A DNA stretch of 64,000 nucleotides from Candidatus Poribacteria bacterium (GTDB taxonomy: Bacteria; Poribacteria; WGA-4E; WGA-3G). The stretch lies in NCBI GenBank assembly GCA_965242965.1, contig OZ251518.1:4416001-4480000 (forward strand). The letters run 5' to 3'. Made by a program: the position numbers and the translations under genes. How positions within the stretch are numbered: position 1 is the stretch's first letter; each line of letters starts with the position of its first letter. Positions 11,201 through 22,666 of this stretch are shown here, one piece after another. The notes under the pieces are model-generated. The model was given only the letters and a program-made list of their open reading frames with translations, did not search any database and was not told the DNA's origin.

Positions 11201-12939
11201 TGCCCCCTCTATAAACGCAGACGCGTCCATAAACTCTCCCCATCGCTTACCCGCTTTATGGGTCCTAGCATTAAATGGCACGACGATTCCAAACTCCTGC
11301 TGGTGATTGGCATCTGTCCGCTCGCGCAGGGTCTTGATCTCGGCGTATGTGCGAATAGCTTTGTGGTCCCTACCGGCATAGCGGCCGGCGGGCCTGCCAT
11401 TGAAATTAGCGTATTCGTAATTCAGACCGGTACTCGGCAAGTATGCGACATTGAACGGGGCCACGATAGTCCCATCCCCGGCCAACCACCCGGCTTTCTT
11501 CAGCCCATTCAAGGCATCGGCATGGGCCTTTGTCACCTTAAATTGGTAGACGATAGTATGGTAACCAGTCGCCTCGGGATGCCCCCACTCCTCAGCGGTA
11601 ACCGCATTGTCGATTTCTTGCCAGGCTACGCGGCCATCCTGTAGCATCCGTTCCAGTGGATAATTGGGATTCAGGATCCCGACATCCGGAATGCCCACGG
11701 CTGCAGTGATCGACCCGCCGGCGATGTCCAGATTGCCATTGCGCGCCCAGACAGTGTTTCGCGGGTGCAGCTTTTGATCGTGCTTGAACCATAAGGGCAA
11801 AAAATTCTCCTCCCAGTCGACCTCACGGGGCTCGCGACTGGGAGTGAATTTTTCGCGCCAGGGGGCATCAACGTGATCGGAGTCAGGCTCGAATACGGTG
11901 GTCCTAAAGAGTGGCGGATACAGTATAGGCTTCTGCCCAATCGGGGTAGGATCCCTTCTCTCACTCCTCAGATCAACGCCAGGCTTAGGATCTATGAATT
12001 CCTTTACCGCTTTATAGTTACGAAGTTTGACGTTGATGGCAATGGCGACGATATCCCCGGGGACTACCGTATTATTTTCCGTGGCGGTGACAAGCCCACT
12101 GTTGCCGGGTTTGTTCGGATCTACCAGCAGGCCGCCGCTCGTGGGATCGCTGGGACCCCCACCGGGATCGATATCAACCCAGAAGTAGGTATCCGGCCCG
12201 CTTGCCGGTTGCGCTGTGCCCTTCCAGAGCGGCTCATATTCCTTCCAGAAGGAGGGGAACAGCCGCGCGCGCCTGCTTTCAAAACCGGGCGGCGTAACAA
12301 CAGGATTCGTGTCAATGCCTTCCCTGTGATAGGTACCGACCTGCTGCAGCACTGGCCCTCCCGGCTTCGTGGGCTCTCCCGGCTTCGTGGTTTTCGGATT
12401 TTTATAGATGCGTATCCACTGAATATCAAAATGATCCGGCGCGATAGCTGTCAACCCGCCACCAAAGAAGGCATCAATACCCGTAGAATGCGAGTGGCCG
12501 TGTTTTGAATCGCTCGGCAGCGAAAGCGCTGTCCCATGCAAGGTATGGGCTTCCAAGGGCCGGTTCAGCCAATCATTATGCGGGACACCCTCGACGGTAT
12601 CATCTGCCTCATTATCGATATCGGCTTGCGTCCATTTGTCGTGGCTCTCTCCCGGCGGTGCAAGCACCGTCAGCAGCCCGAATGTGAGCAGCAGGCAGCC
12701 TATCAAAACGGAAGGAATGCGCGCGGCGGACCGCGGTTGTCCCCCGTCCTTCTGCGCCTTCCTGCGGAGAGCCGCAGGAGTTAACGCGCGTAGATGAGAG
12801 GGGGGGTCTTCAGGTTGGATGCGTCACCGGCGGGCGCAAGCGCGCGGAATCTTTGCAGCGGGTGCTGCAATAGCGCGGTGACGGTAGGTTTCAGGCGGGC
12901 GGCAATGCCCGCGAAAATTGAAAACAATAGGAATCTCAC
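8255..12939 (-). CDS. Large secreted lamin-tail-domain / Ig-like protein; probable true start GTG 12939, frameshifted at a C7 tract (12800-12806)
   Basis: Main frame 8255-12706 has a hydrophobic signal segment, two LTD-like modules (IVFNEL..NDWLEFRNV; TISEIM..QWIELYN) and an LPVELSSF..WTTESEVDNAGFN C-terminal domain. An RBS-led 52-codon leader ORF 12939-12781 joins it if one C is added. Confidence 0.75.
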
Positions 12940-12995
12940 TGTTTTTTCTCCTTTAAATTGGCGTAAAAATTGATTGAAAATTAAACACTGTCTTA

Positions 12996-13024
12996 ATTAT
13001 ACCATTTTTTTACGTTTTTGTCAA
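12996..13024 (-). promoter_or_regulatory. Consensus sigma70 promoter for the lamin-tail gene
   Basis: Minus strand TTGACA-17 bp-TATAAT with an extended -10 TG. Confidence 0.75.
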
Positions 13025-13036
13025 ATTAAAAATTAT

Positions 13037-13428
13037 GAGCAAGGAGCAGGATTTTCAAGATTGAGCAGGATTTACACGATTTTCACGATTAGGCAAGATT
13101 TTTTGGTTCTGATGCCTTGAATACCCCGTGGCCTGCCAAAACGATGCCGGTGCATCAGAGCCCTAATCCTGTGAAATCTTGTGAAATCTTGTAAATCCTG
13201 CTTCAGACGATTGGCATGGCGAGGGACAGGCCCTCGCCCTACGGGCCGCGACACGTTGTTTTCACCGTAGCGCGGGGGCCTGTCCCCCGCGATCGTTCAC
13301 GTGCCCCAGTGACTGTAGTTCGGGAGCGCCTGCTCCCGAACGGGTCAAGAGCAGGTGCTCTTGACCTACAGACGCGATGCGCGTTCGCGTACCCGATGGC
13401 ATGGCGAGGGACAGGCCCTCGCCCTACA
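13037..13428. repeat. Inverted pair of ~9-nt periodic tracts plus REP cluster
   Basis: GCAGGATT/CACGATT tract 13037-13100, complementary AATCTTG/AATCCTG tract 13163-13205, then REP families A, B and D. Confidence 0.85.
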
Positions 13429-13436
13429 GTGGCGTT

Positions 13437-14324
13437 CTATCGGCGAGACAAATACGCCGACAGCGCGTAATCAAACGGCGTTGACGTATCCATCTGCACA
13501 TAATCGATTTGGCTGCCGCCGCACCCGCGGCGATAACTCTGGATAAACGCGTTCAGTTTCTCAAGATACGCCGCCTTTAACGTATCCGCCTGCGTTGACA
13601 GCGTCTGTCCCGTCTCCATGTCCCGAAAAACGACAGAACCTTCATAAGGAAAAGTCAACTCCGCTGCATCTAGCAGATGGAAAACGATGACTTCGTGCTT
13701 CTGATGCCGCAGATGTTTCAACGCGGATATGACTTGAGTCGGCTCATCAAGCAGGTCGGAAATGACGATGACGAGCCCGCGCCGCACAATCCGCTTGGCT
13801 AGTTCATGGAAAAGACTGCTCAAGTTAGTCTCTTCGCCCGGTTGTGCATTTTCTAAAGCGGACATGATTGCCCGCAGATGCGTCGCCGCACCCCTCGGTG
13901 GGATATACTCGGCGATGTCCGTGTTGAAGAGTGCCAAGCCGACAGAATCCCGCTGCTTCAGCATGAGATACGTCAACGATGCAGCGAGATAACAGCCGTA
14001 TTCAAACTTGGAGAGCGTCTCGTCGCTGTGTTTGTATGCCATTGACGCGCTGGTGTCAAGCAGGAGATACGCGCGCAGGTTCGTCTCCTCTTCAAACTTT
14101 TTGATATAAAACCGGTCGGATTTTCCGTAGACTTTCCAGTCAATGTAGCGGATTTCGTCCCCCGGCATGTATTGGCGATGCTCGGCGAATTCGACGCTAA
14201 ACCCCTGATAGGGACTTTTGTGGAGCCCAGTGACGAACCCTTCTACGACGAGACGCGCGACAAGTTCCATTCCGCCGATGCGAGAAAGCGCGAACGGATC
14301 GAGGTATTTGTGTGATGTTTGCAT
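13437..14324 (-). CDS. DUF58 domain protein (vWA-like, usually MoxR-associated)
   Basis: GLHKSPYQGFSVEFAEHRQYMPGDEIRYIDWK; LLLDTSASM. Start at MQTSHK because the ORF-track extension is REP sequence. Confidence 0.9.
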   Translation of the reverse strand: MQTSHKYLDPFALSRIGGMELVARLVVEGFVTGLHKSPYQGFSVEFAEHRQYMPGDEIRYIDWKVYGKSDRFYIKKFEEETNLRAYLLLDTSASMAYKHSDETLSKFEYGCYLAASLTYLMLKQRDSVGLALFNTDIAEYIPPRGAATHLRAIMSALENAQPGEETNLSSLFHELAKRIVRRGLVIVISDLLDEPTQVISALKHLRHQKHEVIVFHLLDAAELTFPYEGSVVFRDMETGQTLSTQADTLKAAYLEKLNAFIQSYRRGCGGSQIDYVQMDTSTPFDYALSAYLSRR

Positions 14325-14334
14325 ATTTTTAACA

Positions 14335-14560
14335 TCGCGAGGGACAGGCCCTCGCGCTACGGTTGTCGAGAGCATTGCGAGGGACAGGCCCTCGCGCTAC
14401 GGTTGTCGAGAGCATCGCGAGGGACAGGCCCTCGCGCTACGGTTGTTGAGAGCAATCGCGAGGGACAGGCCCTCGCGCTACGGTGAGCGAGCGTTCGCGA
14501 GGGACAGGCCCTCGCGCTACGGTTGTCGAGAGCATTGCGAGGGACAGGCCCTCGCGCTAT
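14335..14560. repeat. Tandem array of six ~40-bp REP units
   Basis: GCGAGGGACAGGCCCTCGCGCTACGGTTGTCGAGAGCAT-like unit six times; the last unit overlaps the metH stop. Confidence 0.92.
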
Positions 14561-17500
14561 GGGCTCAGGAGTGGCTTAAGTCTGCGGCGCGCGGTGTCTA
14601 TATCAATGCCGCTGCGTTCAGCGTAATCTGCCACCTGGTCTTCCCCAATTCTGCCGATGCTGAAATACTTCGCCTCCGGATGCGAATAATACCAGCCACA
14701 GACGGATGCCGGCGGGTTCATCGCCAGATTCTCGGTTAATGTAATGCCGGTGTTTGCCTTAACCCCTAGGATATCAAACAACACCAACTTTGACGAATGA
14801 TCTGGACAGGCGGGATAGCCGGGCGCGGGCCGGATGCCTCTATATTTTTCGGCGATGAGCGCGTCCGCGTCCAGATTTTCATCTGTCGCGTATCCCCACA
14901 GTTTTAAGCGAATGCGTTCATGCATCCGTTCGGCGAACGCCTCGGCGAGCCTGTCCGCCAGTGCTTTCGCCATGATGCTGTTGTAGTCGTCGTGCTGGCT
15001 CTCAAATTCGGCGCAGAGTTCCGCTACGCCAATGCCGGTAGTCACGGCAAACGCGCCGATATAGTCGTCCACCCCGGTTTCTTTAGGTGCGATGAAATCG
15101 GCGAGACTCAGATTCGCTCTTCCGAAGGGTTGCTCTGTCTGTTGACGCAGGTGATGAAGCGTCACGGTTTTTTGTGGAACGAGCTGCATCGAGTATGAAG
15201 GTGCTGTCATTCTTCTATGGAACAGGCCGTAGTCAGGCACGAGGATTTCGGTATCTTCACCGACACTGTTCGCAAGGAAAATCCCGACAACGGCGTTCGC
15301 ACGGAACCGCTTTTCTTCAACGATGCGCGCCAGCAGTGCCTGCGCATCTTTAAAGAGTTTGTTCGCTTCCTCACCGATATCTGGATGCCGCAGCAGATTC
15401 GGGAATTTGCCGCGAAGTCCCCACGTCGTAAAAAACGGAGTCCAGTCAATATAGTCGACTAATTCCTCCAACGGATAATTATCGAAGACGCTAGTGTCCA
15501 TATTGAGATAGGGCTCAGGCGGTTGATAGTTTTCCCAATCGGGTGAGAATTTTCGTTGTTGCGCTACAGAAAACGGGAGGAGATTCGCTTGTTGTCGGTT
15601 TCTGGCGCGGCGTTCGCGAATCTTTTTATATTCGGCACGCGTCTCAGCAGTAAACTGCTCCTGTCTCTCACGATTCAGCAGCTGGCTCACGACACCCACA
15701 CTCCGCGAAGCATCCTTGACGTGAATCGTCGCGCCCTGATAGGCAGGTTCAATTTGGACAGCGGTATGCACCTTCGAGGTAGTCGCGCCGCCGATGAGAA
15801 GCGGGATACGAAACCCTTGTTGCTCCATTTCAGCGGCGACATGCACCATCTCGTCCAGTGACGGTGTGATTAAGCCGCTGAGTCCCACCATGTCGGCGTG
15901 CTCTTTCCGCGCCGTTTCCAGAATCTCCTCCGCCGGCACCATGACACCCAGGTCGATGACTTCGTAATTGTTGCATCCAAGCACCACGCCGACGATATTT
16001 TTGCCGATGTCATGCACGTCGCCTTTGACAGTCGCCATGACGATTTTCGCGCGTTTGGCATGCACACCATCGGCGGCGTTCTCAATGAACGGGATGAGTT
16101 GCGCGACAGACTTTTTCATCACCCGCGCGCTTTTGACGACTTGCGGCAGGAACATCTTGCCCGCGCCGAACAATTCACCTACCCGATTCATACCGTCCAT
16201 CAGCGGGCCCTCAATAACTTGAATGGGACGTTCGTATTTCAGCCGCGCCTCCTCTGTATCTGCCTCAATGAATTCCAAAATGCCCTCGACGAGCGCGTGC
16301 TGGAGTCTTTCTTCAACGGAGCGGTTTCGCCATTCCCGTTGTTGCGATGCACGGGTGGAAACTGCGCCGCTGGCGGCGAACGTCTCGGCGAGGGAGACAA
16401 GCCTGTCTGTTGCATCTGGACGGCGGTTGAGCAGCACATCTTCTACTGCTGTCAGCAGTTCTTTCGGCAGTTCATCGTAGACAGCGAGTTGCCCGGCGTT
16501 GACGATGCCCATGTCCATGCCGGCATTGATGGCGTGATAGAGAAACGCGGCGTGCATCGCCTCACGCACGGTGTCGTTGCCGCGGAAGGCGAAGGAGATG
16601 TTGCTCACGCCGCCGCTGACGAGCGCGTGCGGACAGGTGGCTTTTATCTCGCGGCACGCCTCAATAAACGCTTTCGCATAGTCGTTGTGTTCTTCAATCC
16701 CGGTGGCAACAGCGAAGATGTTCGCATCAAAGATGATGTCCTCCGGTGGAAACCCTACCTTTGATGTCAAAAGCCGATACGCCCTTTGGCATATCTCCAC
16801 TTTCCGTTCGTAGGTTTCCGCTTGTCCTTCTTCGTCAAATGCCATGACGATGACAGCGGCACCGTATCGGCGAATCTGGCGCGCCTTCTCCAAGAAATCC
16901 GCCTCGCCTTCTTTCAAACTGAGCGAGTTGACAACGCCTTTCCCTTGGACGCACGCGAGGCCTGCTTCGATTACCTCCCACCGGCTTGAATCAAGCATAA
17001 TAGGCACGCGGCTAATATCCGGCTCAGCGGCGATGAGGTTGAGGAACTTCACCATCGCTTCCTTCGCGTCTAACATGCCCGCGTCCATGTTAATGTCAAT
17101 GAGTTGCGCGCCGTTTTCCACCTGGTCCCGGGCTACTTCCAACGCCTTTTCGTAATTGCCTTTTTTGATGAGCGTCGCGAAGCGGCGCGAACCTGTCACG
17201 TTCGTTCGTTCGCCGACGTTCACAAAGAGAGAATCGGGGGTGATGTTAAACGCCTCTAAACCGCTCAGCCTGCATGCGCGCGGTTGTGATATTGGTTCGC
17301 GCGTTGGTTCGCCCAGGGCTTCGCACATTGGTTCGCGAGGCGCATACTCAGCAGCGACTTTAACGATAGTCGCGATATGTTCCGGCTGCGTCCCGCAACA
17401 GCCGCCGGCGATATTAAGGAAGCTGTTTTGCGCGAAATCACGAATCGCATCGCCCATTTCGGTAGGCGTTTGTGTATAGTGTCCGAGTTCGTTCGGCAAA

Positions 17501-18369
17501 CCCGCGTTCGGATAGCAGATGATAGGAACGTCTGCAAGCTTCGCCATTTCGGCGAGATAGGGCCGAATCTGCGCCGCACCGAACCCACAGTTTAACCCCA
17601 CCGCGATGAGATTCGCATGGCCGCCGGTAGGTATGTCCTTTCTGTCTCGGCGCGTATGCCGGATTGAATTCCAAAACGCTTCCACCGTTTGCCCGGACAG
17701 ATTTCGCCCACCGCCGCCGCTTCTATCCGAAGAGACGATGATAGGAATGTCCATCTCGCGTCTCTCGGCGAGCGTCTGAATGGCGAAGAGCGCGGCTTTA
17801 CAATTGAGCGTATCCATGACAGTCTCCACCAGCAGCAAATCCGCGCCGCCATCGATTAATCCTTCTGCTTGTGTCGTGTAGGCATCGACAAGTTGCTTGA
17901 ACGTAACGTTCCGATACCCCGGGTCGTTCACATTCGGCGAGATGCAGCAGCTGCGGTTGGTGGGCCCCATGCTCCCTGCGACGAAGCGCGGTTTTTCGGC
18001 TGATGTCCATTTATCGGCAACTTCACGCGCGATGCGCGCGGCAGCGTAATTTACTTGATAGGCGAACGCCTGCAGTTGGTAATCTGCCATAGAGACAGCG
18101 GTGCTAGTGAAGGTGTTCGTTGAGATGATGTCCGCGCCGGCTTGGCAGTAGCCGCTATGGATTTCGCGCACGACGTGCGGCTGCGTGAGAGAAAGTAGAT
18201 CATTGTAGCCTTTCAGTTCACTCGAATGGTTTGCAAACTGTTCCCCGCGAAAATCTTCTTCGGAGAGTTGATACGTCTGCAGCATCGAGCCCATCGCACC
18301 GTCAAGGACGAGGATGCGTTTCTTCAGTTGGTTTTTGATTGTTGTTATGCCTTGAGAAGGTATGTCCAT
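14557..18369 (-). CDS. metH: Cobalamin-dependent methionine synthase
   Basis: [26 protein letters not shown]12 motif [29 protein letters not shown]. Confidence 0.97.
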   Translation of the reverse strand: MDIPSQGITTIKNQLKKRILVLDGAMGSMLQTYQLSEEDFRGEQFANHSSELKGYNDLLSLTQPHVVREIHSGYCQAGADIISTNTFTSTAVSMADYQLQAFAYQVNYAAARIAREVADKWTSAEKPRFVAGSMGPTNRSCCISPNVNDPGYRNVTFKQLVDAYTTQAEGLIDGGADLLLVETVMDTLNCKAALFAIQTLAERREMDIPIIVSSDRSGGGGRNLSGQTVEAFWNSIRHTRRDRKDIPTGGHANLIAVGLNCGFGAAQIRPYLAEMAKLADVPIICYPNAGLPNELGHYTQTPTEMGDAIRDFAQNSFLNIAGGCCGTQPEHIATIVKVAAEYAPREPMCEALGEPTREPISQPRACRLSGLEAFNITPDSLFVNVGERTNVTGSRRFATLIKKGNYEKALEVARDQVENGAQLIDINMDAGMLDAKEAMVKFLNLIAAEPDISRVPIMLDSSRWEVIEAGLACVQGKGVVNSLSLKEGEADFLEKARQIRRYGAAVIVMAFDEEGQAETYERKVEICQRAYRLLTSKVGFPPEDIIFDANIFAVATGIEEHNDYAKAFIEACREIKATCPHALVSGGVSNISFAFRGNDTVREAMHAAFLYHAINAGMDMGIVNAGQLAVYDELPKELLTAVEDVLLNRRPDATDRLVSLAETFAASGAVSTRASQQREWRNRSVEERLQHALVEGILEFIEADTEEARLKYERPIQVIEGPLMDGMNRVGELFGAGKMFLPQVVKSARVMKKSVAQLIPFIENAADGVHAKRAKIVMATVKGDVHDIGKNIVGVVLGCNNYEVIDLGVMVPAEEILETARKEHADMVGLSGLITPSLDEMVHVAAEMEQQGFRIPLLIGGATTSKVHTAVQIEPAYQGATIHVKDASRSVGVVSQLLNRERQEQFTAETRAEYKKIRERRARNRQQANLLPFSVAQQRKFSPDWENYQPPEPYLNMDTSVFDNYPLEELVDYIDWTPFFTTWGLRGKFPNLLRHPDIGEEANKLFKDAQALLARIVEEKRFRANAVVGIFLANSVGEDTEILVPDYGLFHRRMTAPSYSMQLVPQKTVTLHHLRQQTEQPFGRANLSLADFIAPKETGVDDYIGAFAVTTGIGVAELCAEFESQHDDYNSIMAKALADRLAEAFAERMHERIRLKLWGYATDENLDADALIAEKYRGIRPAPGYPACPDHSSKLVLFDILGVKANTGITLTENLAMNPPASVCGWYYSHPEAKYFSIGRIGEDQVADYAERSGIDIDTARRRLKPLLSP

Positions 18370-18455
18370 AATTCACCTATTTTTTCACAATTGTGGTTGT
18401 GTATATACTATACCACGCGCGCGACGGTTTTGTCCACAAAAATCACGTAGGAAAT

Positions 18456-18485
18456 TTGACATTCGTTCTGTTTTTGTGTTATACT
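18456..18485 (+). promoter_or_regulatory. Putative sigma70-type promoter
   Basis: TTGACA-18 bp-TATACT before GGAGG and ATG 18519. Confidence 0.55.
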
Positions 18486-18518
18486 ACTATCAAAGAGCAG
18501 AACCGGAGGAACAAAATC

Positions 18519-19286
18519 ATGATTTCTGCGCGAGAGATTCAAGCGACTTGTGATGACATCGTGCGCGCATTTTCACCGCTACGAGTTATCTTGTTCGGTT
18601 CGTATGCGTATGGCACGCCGACAGAAGACTCTGATGTAGACATGTTTGTCGTCATGGAGGCACAGCAACCAGCGTGGGAGATGCAAAAACGGATTCCGCG
18701 CCGTATCCCGTTAGATTTACACGTTCGGTGTCCGCAGGATATCGCGTATCGTGTGGCGCATAATGACTGGTTCCTGCGCGAGGTGTTCGAGAAAGGCGAC
18801 GTGCTTTACGATACGGCGGCGGCACTGCCGCCGGTAGCACTCGCCGAGGATGCCTTGGTGCCGATTTGGGAGGAGACAGGGGTTATCAATCCATTGACAC
18901 TTGAACGGGTGAGGAAAGCCGAATCCGATTATGGGATAATGAAGTTAGGATTTCAGGCATTAACACCCGATGTCTACGAGCCGATTTGCTTCCACGCGCA
19001 GCAGTGTATTGAAAAATACCTGAAAGCTTGGCTGCAGGAGGCAAATATCCGCCCCCCGCGCACACATGAGCTCAACGTATTATTGAATCTGATCGTGCCG
19101 ACGCATCCCGAGTGGCGCGCGTGGCAAACGGATTTTGCCGACTTTCAACCGCATGCCGTGGATGTCCGTTACGAAAAATACTTTGCCACGGCGGTGCAGG
19201 TTGAACACGCCGTGCGTGTTTGCACCGAAGTGCGCACCGCTATCCGTGCCGTGCTCCAACTCCCAAACGATGCACCGGAGGAATAA
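18519..19286 (+). CDS. Fused minimal nucleotidyltransferase (MNT)-HEPN protein
   Basis: LFGSYAYG..SDVD (MNT) followed by FHAQQCIEKYLKA..RTHEL..RY (HEPN). Confidence 0.8.
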   Translation: MISAREIQATCDDIVRAFSPLRVILFGSYAYGTPTEDSDVDMFVVMEAQQPAWEMQKRIPRRIPLDLHVRCPQDIAYRVAHNDWFLREVFEKGDVLYDTAAALPPVALAEDALVPIWEETGVINPLTLERVRKAESDYGIMKLGFQALTPDVYEPICFHAQQCIEKYLKAWLQEANIRPPRTHELNVLLNLIVPTHPEWRAWQTDFADFQPHAVDVRYEKYFATAVQVEHAVRVCTEVRTAIRAVLQLPNDAPEE

Positions 19287-22200
19287 TGCCAACACTCAAA
19301 CTCAAACCGAACCACAAAGCGATAACCGCTTACTACGCCGCTCTTGAGCGATATCGACAACACGGTGTCACTCACGAGACCGCGGTGCGCGCCGCCTTTC
19401 AAGCACTTTTGGAGGCATGCGCGCGACAACTGAATTGGACGATGATATGTGAATATACGCTCCGAATTCCGGAGGGTTCGCGGGGGACAGGCCCCCGCGC
19501 TACGGTGCATCAGAACTCGTGGGGGACAGGCCCCCGCGCTACGGTTACTCCCAGTAGGAGAGACCGCCCGGTCTCGATGGGTTCGCGGGGGACAGGCCCC
19601 CGCGCTACGGTTCATCAGGACATGCGGGGGACAGGCCCCCGCGCTACAGGCAGACGCAGCAACCTCATCCGTCCTGATGGCGCGTTGCTGGACGAACACA
19701 GCTTGCCGCGCGGCACGTGGGAGGCAAAAGGGGTAAAGGGGAATCTGCGCGCCGAAATCCAAACCAAGTTCGATGCGGGCTATCCACAGGACAACATCCT
19801 CTTTCAAACGCCGGAACGCGCCATTCTCTATCAAAACGGCCGCGAAGTGCTGGACGCGGACATCACCGAGCGCGAGACGCTCATCACCGTGCTGAAGACG
19901 TTCTTCGCTTACGAACGCGAAAACGCCGCCGAATGGCTCGCCGCTGTCGCCGAATTCAAAACCATCGTTCCCGAATTGAAGCAGAAAGCGACAGAACTCA
20001 TTCAGGAACAGCACCGCACCAACGCGCGCTTCCGCAACGCCTTCGCCGACTTCTACACCCTCTGCCAGAACGCGATTAACCCGAACCTCTCCGAAGCAAC
20101 GGTGGAGGAGATGCTCATCCAACATCTCTTGACAGAACGCACCTTCCGCACGGTGTTCGCCAATCCGGACTTCACGCGCCGGAATATCATCGCCCGCGAA
20201 ATTGAGAACGTCATTGACGCACTCACCTCCAAGGCGTTTAGCCGCGATGCCTTCCTCCAAAACTTGGACAGGTTTTACCGCGCCATTGAACGCGAGGCGG
20301 CGACACTCGTCGATTTCTCGCAGAAACAGCACTTCCTCAATACTGTCTACGAACAGTTTTTTCAGGGTGCGTCCGCCGAAGTCGCCGATACGCACGGCAT
20401 CGTTTATACGCCGCAGCCTATCGTCGATTTCATGGTGAAGAGCGTAGAACATCTGCTCCAAACCGAATTCGAGCGTTCGCTTTCCGATGAAGGGGTTCAC
20501 ATCATCGATGCGTTTGTCGGCACCGGTAACTTCATCGTGCGCCTAATGCGCGAGATACCACCGTTCCATCTGGAAGCAAAATATCGTTCCGAACTCTGGT
20601 GCAACGAGGTGTTGTTGCTACCCTATTATATCGCCAGCCTCAACATCGAACACGAATTTTACGAAGCCACCGGAGAATATCTCCCCTTTGAAGGCATCTC
20701 CCTCGTGGATACGTTCGATCTGGCGGAAGACCGGCAGTTGTCGCTCTTAACCGCTGAAAACACGGCGCGCGTGGAGAAACAGAAGGCTGCGCCGATGTTT
20801 GTCGTCATCGGCAATCCGCCCTATAATGTCGGACAGGTGAACGAGAACGATAACAACAAGAATCGGAACTATCCGACGCTGGAGGCGCGCGTGAGAGAAA
20901 CATACGCGAAAGACTCCACCGCCACGCTCAAAAATTCGCTCTACGACACCTATGTCAAGGCACTCCGTTGGGCTTCCGATAGAATCGGTGAACAGGGGAT
21001 TATCGCGCTCGTCACTAATAACAGTTTTCTTACCGGCACCTCGTTTGATGGCATGCGGAAACACCTCGCCGGAGACTTTGACGCGCTCTATCTCTGCGAT
21101 TTAGGGGGGAATGCCCGCGCCGACAAACTCGTCTCCGATGCAAGTGTGTTCGGCATCCAAGTCGGCGTGAGTATCAACTTCTTTGTCAAGCGCGCGGCGA
21201 AAGGGCCGTTTTCTACCGTAGCGCGGGGGCCTGTCCCCCGCGAGCGTGACGCAGAAGAGCCGTTTTCTACCGTAGCGCGGGGGCCTGTCCCCCGCGATCG
21301 TTCAATGGCGAGGAAAATTCCGCCCGCATCTTCTACTTCCGCACCGATGACGCGTGGAACAAAAACCAGAAATTCGACTTTCTCGCGCAAACCGAACACA
21401 TCGGCAATGTCCCATGGCAAATGCTCAAACCTGATACGCGGCACACGTGGCTCACCGAAGGATTTCACGCTGAGTTCAAGACGTTCATGCCTATCGGCAC
21501 GCAGGCGGTGAAGCGCGCAAAAGGCGAAGTCATTGGCGCGATGTTTCACAACTTCAGCAACGGCGTGAACACCGCTCGCGATGCATGGGCTTGCAACTTC
21601 AACCGAGACACCCTCGCCGAAAATATGCGGCGCATGAGCGATGTCTATAACGAGCATGTCATCAAGTGGCGCGCACTGGAAGACAAATCCAATGTCGATG
21701 TTGACGGGTTTGTCGATGGCGATGACAAAAAAATTAAGTGGAGTTCTACCCTCAAACAGCACCTTCAACGCGGGCGCACGGTAGAATTTGATGCCGCCAA
21801 ACGCCGGCGGTGTCTCTATCGTCCTTTCACTAAAACGTGGCTCTTTTTTGACAGGCTTCTTACCGACAGACCCGGGCAGTTCCCTGTTATTTTCCCTACC
21901 CCTGAAACCGAAAAAGAGAATCGGGTTATCTGCGTCCCTGGGGTTGGAGGACGCGCGCCTTTTTGGTGTTGTATGGGAAACGTTCTTCCGAACGGGGCGT
22001 TCATTACTCTTGATGCGAATCAAGGCTTCCCTTTCTACGTCTACGATGAAGATGGCTCAAACCGCCGAGAAAACATCACCGATTGGGCATTGCAAAACTT
22101 CCGCACGCATTACAGTGACGAACGCATCACGAAGTGGGACATGTTCCACTATACTTACGGGCTCTTGCATCATCCCGAGTATCGCGAACGTTACGCCGCC

Positions 22201-22653
22201 GATTTGAAGCGCGATCTGCCGCATATTCTCTACGCCGATGATTTCTGGGCATTCGCCGAGGCGGGTGCGAAACTTGCGGAACTGCACGTGAATTATGAGG
22301 CGCAACCGCAATATCCGCTCACGTTCATCACGAAACCCGATGCGCCGCTTGACTTGCGCGTGGAACGGATGCGGTTGTCGAAAGACAAAACGCAGCTGAA
22401 ATATAACGAGTATCTTACGCTGGCAGGTATTCCGGCAGAGACGTTTGCGTATCGGCTCGGCACTCGTTCGGCGTTGGAGTGGCTCGTTGATCAGTATCGC
22501 ATCAAACGAGATTCGCGGAGTCAACTTGTCAACGATGCGAACGATGAAGGAAACCCGCGGTATATCGTGGAATTGATTGGTTCGGTGATTACCGTCAGTT
22601 TGGAGACGGTGAAGATTATTGCGGGGTTGCCGGATACGTTGCGTGGAACGTAG
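19286..22653 (+). pseudogene. Single-chain restriction-modification enzyme (nuclease + N6-MTase + type ISP-like specificity domain) with two REP insertions, the second at a -1 frameshift
   Basis: RPDG..WEAK nuclease-like motif, VYTPQPIVDFMV, DAFVGTGNF, GNPPY. The C-terminal part (YRPF, DLPHI, SALEWLVDQY) lies in the -1 frame, which is open from 21250. Confidence 0.75.
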
Positions 22654-22666
22654 GTGTTGGAGGGAC

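Noticed and set aside
14335-14560. Regularly spaced palindromic repeats resembling a CRISPR array
   Set aside because: The intervening sequences are about 14 bp and nearly identical, the unit is the dispersed REP, and no cas genes are present.
17290-17342. Three TTGGTTCGC copies in the metH interdomain linker (PREP..GEPTREP)
   Set aside because: Looks like a local micro-duplication in a variable linker; no match to the REP families.
19169-20500. 443-aa antisense ORF and similar shadow ORFs opposite recA, metH and rtcB
   Set aside because: They lie opposite well-supported genes; long antisense frames are expected at this GC content and codon bias.
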